DNA of 64,000 nucleotides, taken from Deltaproteobacteria bacterium (GTDB taxonomy: Bacteria; SAR324; NAC60-12). The notes beneath the pieces were generated by a model, which had not been told where the DNA came from, made no database searches, and saw nothing but the letters and a program-made list of their open reading frames with translations. Position 1 is the stretch's first letter. The number at the start of each line of letters is the position of its first letter. The translations under genes and the position numbers were made by a program. Where the stretch lies: assembly GCA_038133845.1 (NCBI GenBank), contig JAYPUA010000003.1:58444-122443 (forward strand), in the 5' to 3' direction. Shown piece by piece: positions 9,310 through 19,747 of this stretch.

Positions 9310-10689
9310 ATGCTAGCAGAATCAACAGTTTCCAAGATATTAGAGCACGGTCTGAGCCAGGGTGCGGACTTTGCCGAGGTGTTTGCCGAGGATTCGGTCT
9401 CTTCCAACGTCAGCCTGCTCGACCGCAAGATCGACGAGATCAGCTCCACCAACTCCTTTGGCGTGGGGATCCGGCTGATCTACGGCGACGACGTGTATTA
9501 CGGCTACAGCAGCGACCCGGCCGAAGACAACCTTCTCCAACTGACATCCAACTTGGGACAAGCCCGGGGGGAAGGCCAGCCGGGGAGTTTCACTCCGTTG
9601 GAACGACACAACGTGGAGGACATCCACCACGTGGCCATCAACCCGGAGGCCGTGAGCAAGAGCGAGCGTGTGGAGTTGCTGCGGCATCTGGACCAATTGA
9701 CCCGGAAGCACGGGGAGGAGATCGTGCAGGTCAGCGCCGGGATGGTAGAAAAGCATCGCGCAGTGCTGATTGCCAACAGTGAAGGCGTCTGGGTTGAAGA
9801 CTCCCGCAACTACTCTCGGATGCGCCTCTCGGCAGTTGCCGAAAAGGGCGACGGGCCCCAATCAGGTGCAGAGAGTCCAGGGGTGTTGGGCGGATATGAG
9901 TTCTTCCGCGATCTCGACCTCTCGGGCCTGGCCAAGAGCGCCGCAACCTCAGCACTGCTGATGGCCGATGCCGGCTACATCAACGGAGGGACCATGCCTG
10001 TCGTCCTTGGGAACGGCTTCGGCGGAGTGATCTTCCATGAGGCCTGCGGGCATCCGCTGGAGACCGAGGCCATCCGGAAAAACGCCTCTCCGTTCTGCGG
10101 GAAGGTCGGGCAGCAAGTCGCCAGCTCGGTACTCACCGCCGTCGATGACGGCACACTGACGAACAAGTGGGGCTCGCTGAATGTTGATGACGAAGGCCGT
10201 CCAACACAGCGCACGGTGCTCATTGAGAACGGCATTCTCAAGGGCTACCTCTCGGACCGCATTGGGGCTCGGCAGGTCGGCGTCGCCCAGACGGGTTCGG
10301 CCCGACGGGAGTCTTACAAGTTTGCCCCGGTCTCCCGGATGCGCAATACCTTTATCGCTCCCGGACCCAACACCGTGGAGGAGATGATCGCCTCCATCGA
10401 CTTTGGGCTCTACGCCAAGAAGATGGGAGGCGGATCGGTGAATCCGGCAACCGGAGAGTTCAACTTTGCCGTGCAGGAAGGCTACGTGATCCGCAAGGGC
10501 AAGATCGCTGAGCCCGTCCGGGGAGCCACCCTGATCGGCAAGGGCCACGAGGTGCTCCCTCGCATCTCCATGATCGCCAACGACCTGGAACTTGCCGCCG
10601 GCATGTGCGGTGCCTCCAGCGGATGGGTTCCGACCACGGTTGGGCAGCCAACCTTGAAGATTGACTCCATCCTCGTTGGAGGGCGCTGA
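9310..10689 (+). CDS. tldD: Metalloprotease TldD
   Basis: 459 aa containing HEACGHPLE and a C-terminal GGSVNPATGEFNF...GKIAEPVRGATLIG. Confidence 0.9.
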   Translation: MLAESTVSKILEHGLSQGADFAEVFAEDSVSSNVSLLDRKIDEISSTNSFGVGIRLIYGDDVYYGYSSDPAEDNLLQLTSNLGQARGEGQPGSFTPLERHNVEDIHHVAINPEAVSKSERVELLRHLDQLTRKHGEEIVQVSAGMVEKHRAVLIANSEGVWVEDSRNYSRMRLSAVAEKGDGPQSGAESPGVLGGYEFFRDLDLSGLAKSAATSALLMADAGYINGGTMPVVLGNGFGGVIFHEACGHPLETEAIRKNASPFCGKVGQQVASSVLTAVDDGTLTNKWGSLNVDDEGRPTQRTVLIENGILKGYLSDRIGARQVGVAQTGSARRESYKFAPVSRMRNTFIAPGPNTVEEMIASIDFGLYAKKMGGGSVNPATGEFNFAVQEGYVIRKGKIAEPVRGATLIGKGHEVLPRISMIANDLELAAGMCGASSGWVPTTVGQPTLKIDSILVGGR

Positions 10690-12032
10690 TGCTGAGCATG
10701 GAACAAGCAGCCGAGCTGGTGTTGACCTTGGCCTCCCGCGAAGGGTTCCGCGAGGTCGATGCAATGCTGGAGCGCGACGAGTCGCTCGATGTGGAAATCC
10801 GCAACGGCAAGGCCGAGAAGATCGAGCAGTCGACCAGCCTGGGGCTGGGGATTCGGGTCATCCGGGAAGGACGCTCCGGGTTGGCCTCCACCGAGCGTCT
10901 GGATGAAGAGGCGATTGAGCGTGCCTTCCGAACGGCATGCGAGCACGCGCTGCTGCAAGATGCCACCGGCGTCTACCTCCCGGAGGTCTCTCCGTACACT
11001 CAGGATTCGCAAAGCCTTGGACTGTACCAGCCAGAATTGGACCGGTTGACCGCTGGCGATCTGACCGAATTCGGGCTGGAGGTGGAGGCCTCCGCACGCG
11101 GTGCCGACTCCCGTGTGACCACGCTCCCGTACCTGGGTGCGTCCCGGGGTCGGAGCGAGACGCTGCTGGTCAACACCCGGGGCGTGCGCTATCAGCACCG
11201 GAGCAACAGCGTGAGCGCCTACTGCGGCGCGTTGCTTCAGGAAGGCGAGCGTCGCAAGTCCGGGATGCACTTCTGGAGTCAGCGTGCCTGGGAACCTCAG
11301 GCTGCCCGGGAGACCGGCGAACAGGCCGTCCAGAAGGCGGCTGAACTGCTGCAGGCCCAGCCCATTTCGAGCCGGAAGCTCCCGGTGGTTTTGGACGAAT
11401 ATACCGCACCGCGACTGTTGGGAATGTATTTCGGTGCATTTTCTGCAGAGTCTGCACAGAAGGGCATGTCTCGGCTCAAGGGACGCCTGAACGAGCAGAT
11501 CGCGGTTCCGGAGTTGACCCTGCTAGACGACCCTCACCGAGTCAACGGCACCCGCTCCCGGTTTCTGGATGCCGAAGGAGTGGTCACTCAACCGCTTCCC
11601 CTGGTGGAGGATGGGGTCTTCCGGAGCTTCCTGTATCACGTGGAGTCCGGCCTCCAAGAAGATCACGCCTCAACCGGACACGCCGGCAGAGGTTACTCCG
11701 GAGGCATCTCCACCCGGATGCACAACCTGGTCTGGCCGACCGGAAGTTCCTCTCTGCAGGACCTGTGTGCCACTCCGGAAGAGTGCCTGCTGGTCACTCA
11801 GTTGGAAGGCGCCGCAGGATGCAACCCCGTCAGCGGAGACATCTCGATCGGCGTACAGGGATTCCTGATGCGTAACGGAGAGCGCGTCCAACCGGTGGAC
11901 AGTGTGACCATTGCCGGGAACTTCTTTGAGGTGCTGAAAAATATTCGGGGAACCGGTGCGGTGTATCAGCCGAATTTGTCTCACCTGTTCATTCCTGCAC
12001 TGCTGGTGGACGGGTTTGCCATTTCCGGCTAA
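10689..12032 (+). CDS. pmbA: Metalloprotease PmbA/TldE, the partner of TldD
   Basis: 447 aa of the TldD/PmbA family. Its start overlaps the tldD stop (TGATG). Confidence 0.9.
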   Translation: MLSMEQAAELVLTLASREGFREVDAMLERDESLDVEIRNGKAEKIEQSTSLGLGIRVIREGRSGLASTERLDEEAIERAFRTACEHALLQDATGVYLPEVSPYTQDSQSLGLYQPELDRLTAGDLTEFGLEVEASARGADSRVTTLPYLGASRGRSETLLVNTRGVRYQHRSNSVSAYCGALLQEGERRKSGMHFWSQRAWEPQAARETGEQAVQKAAELLQAQPISSRKLPVVLDEYTAPRLLGMYFGAFSAESAQKGMSRLKGRLNEQIAVPELTLLDDPHRVNGTRSRFLDAEGVVTQPLPLVEDGVFRSFLYHVESGLQEDHASTGHAGRGYSGGISTRMHNLVWPTGSSSLQDLCATPEECLLVTQLEGAAGCNPVSGDISIGVQGFLMRNGERVQPVDSVTIAGNFFEVLKNIRGTGAVYQPNLSHLFIPALLVDGFAISG

Positions 12033-12120
12033 CAGAAACTTCACATAGCGTCTGAGAGGTGATAGCATGACTTTTTTGAATCCTTGACCTCATCCAGATG
12101 GCTTTTTCTTTGTAGAGTCC

Positions 12121-12804
12121 GTGGCTTTTCAAAGTGCAATTCATCAGCTAAAAGTACCAGAAGTGGTACAGCTTCTCCGAGTGCCCGAGTCCACCATCAA
12201 GCGTTGGATTCGGCTCGGGGAGATCCCCTGCGCCTTGAAGAACGGCGAATACGTCTTCCGTCGGGACACCCTGTTGGCTTGGGCTCGCTCCAAGCACCTC
12301 TACATTGAAGAGAACCGGGAAGCCGTCCGCAGTGGAGAGGCCGACCTCATCCGCGCCTTGCGCCTTGGGGGAGTGCACACCGGGCTGAGTTCCGAAAGCC
12401 GGGAGGCCTTCTTCGAGTCTGTCGGGAGGCGTCTGCATCAGGAGCTTGGACTCCCGGAAGACCTGGCCCGGCATCTTGATGAGCGCGAGCGGCTCTCGAC
12501 GACAGGCATCGGCCGTGGGGTCGCGGTGCCCCACCCTCGCTTTCCCGGGTCGCTCCAACTCAGCGAGTCCCTGGTCGCCACCTGCTATCCGGAGGAACCT
12601 GTTGACTTCGGGGCTCCTGATGGCGAGGCCGTGTTTGTCGCCTTTGTCCTTCTCAGCGCAGATGCCGCCCACCATCTTCGTTTTCTCTCTCAGGTAGCTC
12701 ACCTGATCCGTGACGACAACCTCGCCCCTCTTCTGAAGCTACCTCCCTCTCAGGAACAACTCCTTGATCACTTCCAATCAGTCCTGGCAAAAAAGACTGG
12801 CTGA
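12121..12804 (+). CDS. Fusion of an excisionase/MerR-type HTH to a PTS EIIA(Ntr)-like (PtsN-type) domain
   Basis: N-terminus VVQLLRVPESTIKRWIRLGEIP (HTH). C-terminus GIGRGVAVPHPR, the EIIA-2 phosphorylation-site signature. Confidence 0.75.
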   Translation: MAFQSAIHQLKVPEVVQLLRVPESTIKRWIRLGEIPCALKNGEYVFRRDTLLAWARSKHLYIEENREAVRSGEADLIRALRLGGVHTGLSSESREAFFESVGRRLHQELGLPEDLARHLDERERLSTTGIGRGVAVPHPRFPGSLQLSESLVATCYPEEPVDFGAPDGEAVFVAFVLLSADAAHHLRFLSQVAHLIRDDNLAPLLKLPPSQEQLLDHFQSVLAKKTG

Positions 12805-12889
12805 CTTCATCCCTCGCGGAAAGAGCAGTTCAGAAGCGGAGGAAGGCTTTGCCCAACTGCAAAGCTTCTCTGCACAGGAGACCTTGGTC

Positions 12890-14536
12890 ATGATGCTCAG
12901 TGCTCTGGTGCTGGGTCTGGGAGGCGGCGCACTGGCTGTCGCCTTGAACTGGAGCGTCCACCTCTTCCGCAGCCTGGTAGAAGATCAGCACACGATGTGG
13001 TGGGGCGTACTCCTCCCTGCTGCCGGAATGGGAACCGCGGTCTACCTGATCCGCCGAGGCATTCGAGACTACTCCGGACACGGCGTCTCGGATGTGATCA
13101 AGGGCATGGCACTCGGTTCGGATGTGCTCCGGCGGCGGATGATCTTCTCCCGCTTTTTCGGGAGCCTGCTCACGGTGGGCAGCGGGGGGTCGACCGGACT
13201 GGAAGGACCGATCGTTTGCATCGGCGGGGCTTGGGGTGCGGTGATCGGGCGCTGGCTGGACCTGAACGAACGCCGCAAAAAGCTGCTCATCGGATACGGC
13301 GTTGCCGCGGCAGTGTCCGGAATCTTCAACGCGCCACTGACCGGTTTGATCTTCACCCTGGAGATCATCGTGGGGCAGTGGACCTACCTGACCATTCTCC
13401 CGACCATCATCGCCTCCATCAGCGCGACAGAGCTGTCGCGCTTGATGATGGGCAACAAGATCACCTTCCACCACGAGATCACGGGCTTCACCCCGGTGGA
13501 GTTGCTCGCCTGCGTGGGCTTGGGGATTGTGACCGGACTGATCTCGATCGCCTTCATCCGGAGCCTGCCTCTGTGGGAGAAGGCCTTTCAGCGTGTTTCG
13601 CCCAAAGGATGGGTCAGAGCCACCTTCGGAGGGCTGTTGGTGGGGCTGATGGGCTTCGCCTTCCCGGAGGTTCTCGGGGAGGGCTACCACATCACGCAGA
13701 TGTTCCTCAACGAGGCCGACACCCTGGCCCTGAGCTTTGTGCTGCTGTTCGTGTTTCTCAAGTTCGTCGCCTGCGGCGTGACGTTGGGGAGCGGAGGCAT
13801 CGGCGGAGTCTTTGCCCCAAGCCTTGTGATTGGCAGCGGCGTGGGGCTGGCCTTCGGGATTGCCATGAACAAGCTCTCGCTGGGAGTCGTGGAGCACGAA
13901 GCCGCCTTCTCTCTGGCCGGAATGGCCGGCATGGTCACCGCGGTCATGCATGGCCCGCTGACCGGGATCTTCCTGGTGATGGAGTCGACCCGAGGTTACT
14001 CGCTGATCCTGCCGCTCATGCTCACCGCAAGCAGCGCGATGCTCGTCAGTTCCTATTTCGAGGCCGGCTCCGTCTACACCCGAGAGTTGATTGCTCACGG
14101 ACATCTGATGCGCCGGGGGTCGGATCAGCACCTGCTCTACAACCTGGACACCCGAGACATTCTGGACAAGGACTTCATCCCGGTCCGGGATACGATGCTG
14201 CTCGGGGAGTTTGTCAACGTCTTCAAAGAGGCCCATCGCAACTACTTCCCGGTGCTCGAGGAGGGCACCGAGACCTGTGTGGGGGTGGTGTTTCTGGATG
14301 ACGTGCGTTCGTACCTCTTTGACCCGACTCTCTATGACTTGGTCACCATGGGCTCCATCATGCGGAGCCTCCCGGTGATCAACCTCTCCGAGCCCATCGG
14401 GCAGGCTCTGGACAAGTTCGAGTCCTCAAAGGCCTGGTCCCTGCCAGTTGCCGAGGATCGGCGCTTTCTGGGGATGCTCTCCAAATCCACCCTGTTCGAT
14501 CACTATCGACGGGAGCTGCAGATTCAGTCGGACTGA
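12890..14536 (+). CDS. ClC-family chloride channel / H+-Cl- antiporter with C-terminal CBS domains. The ORF is open from 12764; the likely start is 12890 (AGGAG at -9), past the low-GC3 overlap.
   Basis: GSGGSTGLEGP, GIFAPSL and multiple TM helices, with a CBS pair at the C-terminus. Confidence 0.8.
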   Translation: MMLSALVLGLGGGALAVALNWSVHLFRSLVEDQHTMWWGVLLPAAGMGTAVYLIRRGIRDYSGHGVSDVIKGMALGSDVLRRRMIFSRFFGSLLTVGSGGSTGLEGPIVCIGGAWGAVIGRWLDLNERRKKLLIGYGVAAAVSGIFNAPLTGLIFTLEIIVGQWTYLTILPTIIASISATELSRLMMGNKITFHHEITGFTPVELLACVGLGIVTGLISIAFIRSLPLWEKAFQRVSPKGWVRATFGGLLVGLMGFAFPEVLGEGYHITQMFLNEADTLALSFVLLFVFLKFVACGVTLGSGGIGGVFAPSLVIGSGVGLAFGIAMNKLSLGVVEHEAAFSLAGMAGMVTAVMHGPLTGIFLVMESTRGYSLILPLMLTASSAMLVSSYFEAGSVYTRELIAHGHLMRRGSDQHLLYNLDTRDILDKDFIPVRDTMLLGEFVNVFKEAHRNYFPVLEEGTETCVGVVFLDDVRSYLFDPTLYDLVTMGSIMRSLPVINLSEPIGQALDKFESSKAWSLPVAEDRRFLGMLSKSTLFDHYRRELQIQSD

Positions 14537-14551
14537 CTTCGGACGGAAGCC

Positions 14552-15058
14552 ATGGACGTGAGCGAATTGCTGAACCATCGGGACTTTGGGAATCACTTCC
14601 CGGAGGCGACCCATCCGGTTTTTGCCGAAGTCCTCGGCCCCTTGCTAGAGCAGTCTGGAGCCGTGTTCTCACTGGAACTGCAGGGAAACATGGTGCTCGG
14701 GCTGAGATCCGAGCTGCAGCAGGAGCACCGGTTTGACGTCCGGTTCGTCCCCTTCGCCCGGACCCATGCGATGGTCAGCCCGCATGCCGGAAAGATCACG
14801 ATCTACTTTGGCCGGGAGCTTCCGGATGGACGGTTTCTGCCCAAGGGCCGCCTGGCGCTCTCTCAAGAGCAAGCTCCCTCCGAAGCAGAGCTGGACGCCC
14901 TGAAGGCCTTTGCCCGCGAGCCGGAGCACTTCTGCAAGCAGCACCCCTATGATGCCATTGAGGAGAAGAGAGAGTTTCTCCAGTTCAAGCAGACCCACAA
15001 CCTTCCGCTGAACATCATGGAACGCAAGTTTCTGATGGATCACAGCGCCCCCGCCTGA
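14552..15058 (+). CDS. Hypothetical protein
   Basis: 168-aa ORF with coding-like composition and no recognisable motif. Confidence 0.45.
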   Translation: MDVSELLNHRDFGNHFPEATHPVFAEVLGPLLEQSGAVFSLELQGNMVLGLRSELQQEHRFDVRFVPFARTHAMVSPHAGKITIYFGRELPDGRFLPKGRLALSQEQAPSEAELDALKAFAREPEHFCKQHPYDAIEEKREFLQFKQTHNLPLNIMERKFLMDHSAPA

Positions 15059-15200
15059 GCACCTTTTCGGAACAGTCTCCGGACTTTTCGTCTGTGCCCG
15101 TATTTTTGCGGAATGTTAATATAACTCTAACAATCACCTTTTACTCTGAACAGACCACATCACGAGTGGTGATTCTCAACTACATCAAGGAGACGTTCAG

Positions 15201-16172
15201 ATGTTCCGCAAATTCGCTGCTGCAGCCGCAAGCGTGCTGCTCCTGGTCGGTGCCGCCCAAGCCCGTGATCAGATCAAGATCGTTGGATCTTCCACAGTGT
15301 ACCCCTTCACCACCATTGTTGCAGAGAAGCTCGGCAACTCGGGTTTCAAGACCCCAGTCGTTGAGAGCACCGGAACCGGTGGGGGCATGAAGCTGTTCTG
15401 CGCCGGCGTCGGTGTCGGACACCCGGACATGACCAACGCATCCCGTGCGATCAAGGGCTCCGAGAAAGAGCTGTGCGCCAAGAATGGGGTGACCGACATC
15501 ATTGAGCTGCAGGTCGGCAACGATGGAATCGCCTTCGCCAACAGCGTGAAGGGGGGCAAGCTGAACTTCACCCCGGCTCAACTGTGGATGGCCATGGCAG
15601 AAAAAGGCCCCAAGCCCAAGCGCTGGAACGAGATCGACCCGTCCCTGCCGAATGTGGCCATCAAGATCCTGGCTCCGCCCCCGACCTCTGGAACCCGGGA
15701 TGCCTGGGGAGAGTTGGTCATGGGCAAAGGCTGTGACGCCGCCGTGAAGAAAGCGAACAAGGACGACTGCCACCTCTTCCGTGAGGACGGAGCCGTGGAA
15801 GAGGCTGGGGAGAACGACACCTTGATCGTCAACCGCCTAGCCGCTGATCCGGAGGCTTTTGGAATCTTCGGATTCAGCTTCCTGGATCAGAATCAGGACC
15901 GCATCCAAGGTGCGACCATCAACGGAGTGGCCATCAGCCTGGAAACCATCCAGTCCTATGAGTATCCGATCGCTCGCCCGCTGTTCTTCTACATCAAGAA
16001 GGCTCACATCGGCGTGATTCCGGGGATGAAGGAGATGATGGACGAGTACGTCAGCGAAGCCGCAACCGGAGAGTACGGCTACCTCACCGATGCAGGCCTG
16101 GTTCCGCACTCGGCAAAGCTGGCCGCTGAAATGCGCAACCGCGTACGCAACCTCTCGGTTGTCAGCATGTAA
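15201..16172 (+). CDS. pstS: Phosphate ABC transporter substrate-binding protein PstS
   Basis: Signal peptide followed by KIVGSSTVYPF...TGTGGG. Confidence 0.9.
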   Translation: MFRKFAAAAASVLLLVGAAQARDQIKIVGSSTVYPFTTIVAEKLGNSGFKTPVVESTGTGGGMKLFCAGVGVGHPDMTNASRAIKGSEKELCAKNGVTDIIELQVGNDGIAFANSVKGGKLNFTPAQLWMAMAEKGPKPKRWNEIDPSLPNVAIKILAPPPTSGTRDAWGELVMGKGCDAAVKKANKDDCHLFREDGAVEEAGENDTLIVNRLAADPEAFGIFGFSFLDQNQDRIQGATINGVAISLETIQSYEYPIARPLFFYIKKAHIGVIPGMKEMMDEYVSEAATGEYGYLTDAGLVPHSAKLAAEMRNRVRNLSVVSM

Positions 16173-16261
16173 TTGAGCTGCTCACCTCTTCCCCGAGGTG
16201 AGTTCAGCCATTACTCTGGAGGCAGTTTCCACTCGCTGCCTCCTCCCACTCTACGGAAGTC

Positions 16262-17626
16262 ATGCCCCCCATCTTCTACCTCCTCTTTCTCCTGATCCTG
16301 TTCTCCAGCTTCCTCATCGGACAGTCCAAGGCCAAGGGCATCTCAGGGGTGGGGAAGTTGCATTCGCTGCCCAGCTATCACGGCTACTACGCTGCGATCT
16401 GGTGCGGGCTTCCGGCCCTGCTCGTGGTCTTCTTCTGGAGCCTCTCGGAGAACTGGTTCCTCAAGGACCTCGTCCTTGCAGGTCTGGACGAGGGGATGGC
16501 ACCAAACGAGCGGGACATGCTCTTCAACGAGATCCTGGTGCTGGCCGACGGGAACTTGGGATTTGGTGCACGTGATGAGGGCGTCGCGGAAGCCGCAGCG
16601 CGCTTCCGGGAGTTGCAGGGGCTGAGTACACAAAGCCTGCTGGTGGTCACGCTGGCCTTGATGATTGCCGGAGGGCTCTATGCACGGACCCGAATCTCTC
16701 TGGAGTTCCGGGCCCGCCATGTGGTCGAGCGGGTGCTCACCGGCTTCTTGATCCTCAGCTCGACCGTCGCCATCCTGACCACATTCGGCATCGTTGCCTC
16801 GCTTGTGATTGAGAGCTGGAGGTTCTTTGAGCTGATCTCTCCAGTGGAGTTTCTGTTCGGACTGAAGTGGTATCCACAGATCGCAATCCGTGCTGATCAA
16901 GCTGCAGGCGAGGGAGCGTTTGGTGCCATCCCGCTGTTTACCGGGACGCTGCTGATCTCTGCGATTGCGATGCTCGTTGCCGTACCAATTGGGCTCTTCT
17001 CCGCAATCTACTTCTCGGAGTATGCGAGCAAGCACACCCGAGCGCTGATCAAGCCGATGCTCGAAATTCTGGCCGGCATCCCCACAGTCGTTTACGGATT
17101 CTTTGCCGCCTTGACGGTTGCTCCGTGGATTCGGGAGACCGGAGTCGGCTTCGGGCTGGAGGTCTCGGCCCAGAGCGCTCTGGCAGCAGGGGCCGTGATG
17201 GGGATCATGATCATCCCGTTCATCTCCTCGCTCTCCGATGACGTGATCAACGCGGTCCCGCAGACGCTGCGAGATGGCTCCTACGCGATGGGCGCAACCA
17301 AATCCGAGACCATCAAGCAGGTCATCCTGCCCGCCGCGCTTCCGGGAGTGGTTGGTGCCGTGCTGCTGGCAGTCTCCCGGGCCATCGGCGAGACCATGAT
17401 CGTGGTCATGGCCGCAGGCCTGGCTGCAAACCTGACCGCCAATCCGCTGGAAAACGTCACCACTGTCACTGTGCAAATCGTGGTTGCCTTGATCGGAGAC
17501 CAGGAGTTTGACGACCCGAAGACGCTCTCGGCGTTCGCTTTGGGGCTGGTGCTGTTTCTGGTGACGCTGGCCCTCAACGTCGTGGCCCTGCAAATCGTGA
17601 AAAAGTATCGGGAGAAGTATGATTGA
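16262..17626 (+). CDS. pstC: Phosphate ABC transporter permease PstC (long form)
   Basis: 454 aa with the permease EAA-loop region and PstC-type TM topology. Confidence 0.9.
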   Translation: MPPIFYLLFLLILFSSFLIGQSKAKGISGVGKLHSLPSYHGYYAAIWCGLPALLVVFFWSLSENWFLKDLVLAGLDEGMAPNERDMLFNEILVLADGNLGFGARDEGVAEAAARFRELQGLSTQSLLVVTLALMIAGGLYARTRISLEFRARHVVERVLTGFLILSSTVAILTTFGIVASLVIESWRFFELISPVEFLFGLKWYPQIAIRADQAAGEGAFGAIPLFTGTLLISAIAMLVAVPIGLFSAIYFSEYASKHTRALIKPMLEILAGIPTVVYGFFAALTVAPWIRETGVGFGLEVSAQSALAAGAVMGIMIIPFISSLSDDVINAVPQTLRDGSYAMGATKSETIKQVILPAALPGVVGAVLLAVSRAIGETMIVVMAAGLAANLTANPLENVTTVTVQIVVALIGDQEFDDPKTLSAFALGLVLFLVTLALNVVALQIVKKYREKYD

Positions 17627-18908
17627 GCGCTCACAACGAGACCCCGCTGTGGCAGAGAGGCTGGTCCGCAAACGTTATGCTGCGGAGCGACGCTTCCGGT
17701 TTTACGGTCAGTTGGCCATGGCGCTGGGCGTGGGTGCGGTGGTGTTCCTGATCTACACCGTCTTCTCCAAAGGGTACACAGCGTTCATACGTGCCCAGGT
17801 CTCCCTGGAAGTGACACTTGATTCGGAACAGCTGGGAGTCACGGCTTCCAGCAGTGAAGCGGAGTTGATGCGTGCCGACTACACCACGCTAATTCGCCGA
17901 GGCTGGATCGAGTCCTTCCCGGAGGTCAAGAAGCGATCAGAGCGACGGGAGCTGCTGCTGTTGATGAGTGCGGATGCTGGGAATCAGGTGCGCGAGGCGA
18001 TCATCGACAACCCGTCTCTGCTGGGCACCACCCAGACCTTCTGGGTCCTGATGTCCTCCAACACCGACCAGATCCTCAAGGGGAACGCCCCTCGGGACAT
18101 TGAGGAATCCCGGAGGCTCCTGAGTGACAAGCAGCTGGAGTGGCTGGATCAGCTGGAACGTGACGAGCGTATCCGGACAGTGTTCAATTTCGGATTCTTC
18201 ACCAACGGAGACTCCCGAGCTGCAGAGATTGCCGGAATTGGCGGAGCGATCACCGGCTCGTTCTACTCGCTGCTGATCTGCTTCCTGCTCAGCTTCCCCA
18301 TGGGCGTGGCGGCGGCGATCTACCTGGAGGAGTTTGCTCCCAAGAACCGCTGGACGGAGCTCATTGAGGTCAACATCAACAACCTCGCAGCAGTGCCTTC
18401 AATCGTCTTCGGACTGCTCGGGCTGGCGGTGCTGCTCAACTTCTTCGGCGTTCCCCGGAGCACGCCTCTGGCAGGAGGAATGGTGCTCTCGCTGATGACG
18501 CTGCCGACCATCATCATCGCCTGCCGAGCCTCGCTCAAGGCCGTACCGCCGAGTATCCGGGAAGCCGCGCTGGGGATGGGAGCCTCTCCGGTGCAGGTGG
18601 TCCTGCATCATGTTCTGCCCTTGGCCATGCCAGGCACGCTGACCGGCACCATCATCGGACTGGCACAGGCGCTGGGAGAGACCGCCCCCCTGCTGATGAT
18701 CGGCATGTTCGCCTTTGTCGCGGACATCCCGGGCGGTCCTCTGGAGGCGGCCTCGGCGCTCCCCGTGCAGATCTACCTCTGGGCGGAAAGCTCGGAGCGA
18801 GGGTATGTTGAGTTGACGGCTGCGGGAATCATGGTCATTCTGGTCTTCCTGATTGCGATGAACTCCCTGGCCGTGTTGTTCCGAAAACGCTTCGAACGCC
18901 GCTGGTAA
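17619..18908 (+). CDS. pstA: Phosphate ABC transporter permease PstA (long form with a large periplasmic loop)
   Basis: 429 aa. Start overlaps the pstC end. Contains AIYLEEFAP... Confidence 0.9.
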   Translation: MIERSQRDPAVAERLVRKRYAAERRFRFYGQLAMALGVGAVVFLIYTVFSKGYTAFIRAQVSLEVTLDSEQLGVTASSSEAELMRADYTTLIRRGWIESFPEVKKRSERRELLLLMSADAGNQVREAIIDNPSLLGTTQTFWVLMSSNTDQILKGNAPRDIEESRRLLSDKQLEWLDQLERDERIRTVFNFGFFTNGDSRAAEIAGIGGAITGSFYSLLICFLLSFPMGVAAAIYLEEFAPKNRWTELIEVNINNLAAVPSIVFGLLGLAVLLNFFGVPRSTPLAGGMVLSLMTLPTIIIACRASLKAVPPSIREAALGMGASPVQVVLHHVLPLAMPGTLTGTIIGLAQALGETAPLLMIGMFAFVADIPGGPLEAASALPVQIYLWAESSERGYVELTAAGIMVILVFLIAMNSLAVLFRKRFERRW

Positions 18909-18914
18909 GGCCCC

Positions 18915-19739
18915 ATGTACGCAGACCGCAAAATGAACGAAACACAAACCTCCGACTCCAAGGACTCTTCAGGGCTGACTCCGCAGATCCGAATCTCTTC
19001 CAAAGACGTCCGCGTCTTCTATGGGGAAAAAGAGGCCTTGCATGGGATCGATCTCGACATCCCGGCCAACAGCGTCACCGCGCTCATCGGCCCCTCCGGA
19101 TGCGGCAAGTCCACCTTCCTGCGCTGCATCAATCGGATGAATGACGTCATCGACGGATGTCGCGTGACCGGGACCTTGATGCTGGACGGAAACGACATCT
19201 ACGACCCCAAGCTGGATGTGGTGCAACTCCGCGAACGAGTGGGGATGGTTTTTCAAAAGCCGAATCCCTTCCCCAAGTCCATCTACGACAACGTGGCGTA
19301 CGGCCCCCGGATTCACGGGCTGGCTCGCAACCGTCAGGAGTTGGATGAGATCGTGGAGACCAGCTTGCGCAAGGCCGGGCTGTTTGAGGAGGTCAAGGAC
19401 CGCCTCAGCGAGCCGGGAACCGGCCTCTCCGGAGGGCAGCAGCAGCGCTTGTGCATCGCCCGAGCAATCTCTGTGAATCCGGAGGTGATCTTGATGGATG
19501 AGCCCGCGTCGGCGCTGGACCCGATCGCCACAGCCAGGATCGAGGAGTTGATCGACGAACTCCGTACGAACTACACCATCGTGATCGTCACGCACTCCAT
19601 GCAGCAGGCCGCACGGGTTTCTCAGCAGACCGGTTTCTTCCACCTGGGAGATCTGGTGGAGTTCGGGGCCACAGATGACCTCTTTGTGCGCCCCCAGGAC
19701 AAACGCACCCAAGACTACATCACCGGACGTTTCGGATAA
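18915..19739 (+). CDS. pstB: Phosphate import ATP-binding protein PstB
   Basis: Walker [10 protein letters not shown], the LSGGQQQR signature, and Walker B. Confidence 0.9.
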   Translation: MYADRKMNETQTSDSKDSSGLTPQIRISSKDVRVFYGEKEALHGIDLDIPANSVTALIGPSGCGKSTFLRCINRMNDVIDGCRVTGTLMLDGNDIYDPKLDVVQLRERVGMVFQKPNPFPKSIYDNVAYGPRIHGLARNRQELDEIVETSLRKAGLFEEVKDRLSEPGTGLSGGQQQRLCIARAISVNPEVILMDEPASALDPIATARIEELIDELRTNYTIVIVTHSMQQAARVSQQTGFFHLGDLVEFGATDDLFVRPQDKRTQDYITGRFG

Positions 19740-19747
19740 CAGGCCCC

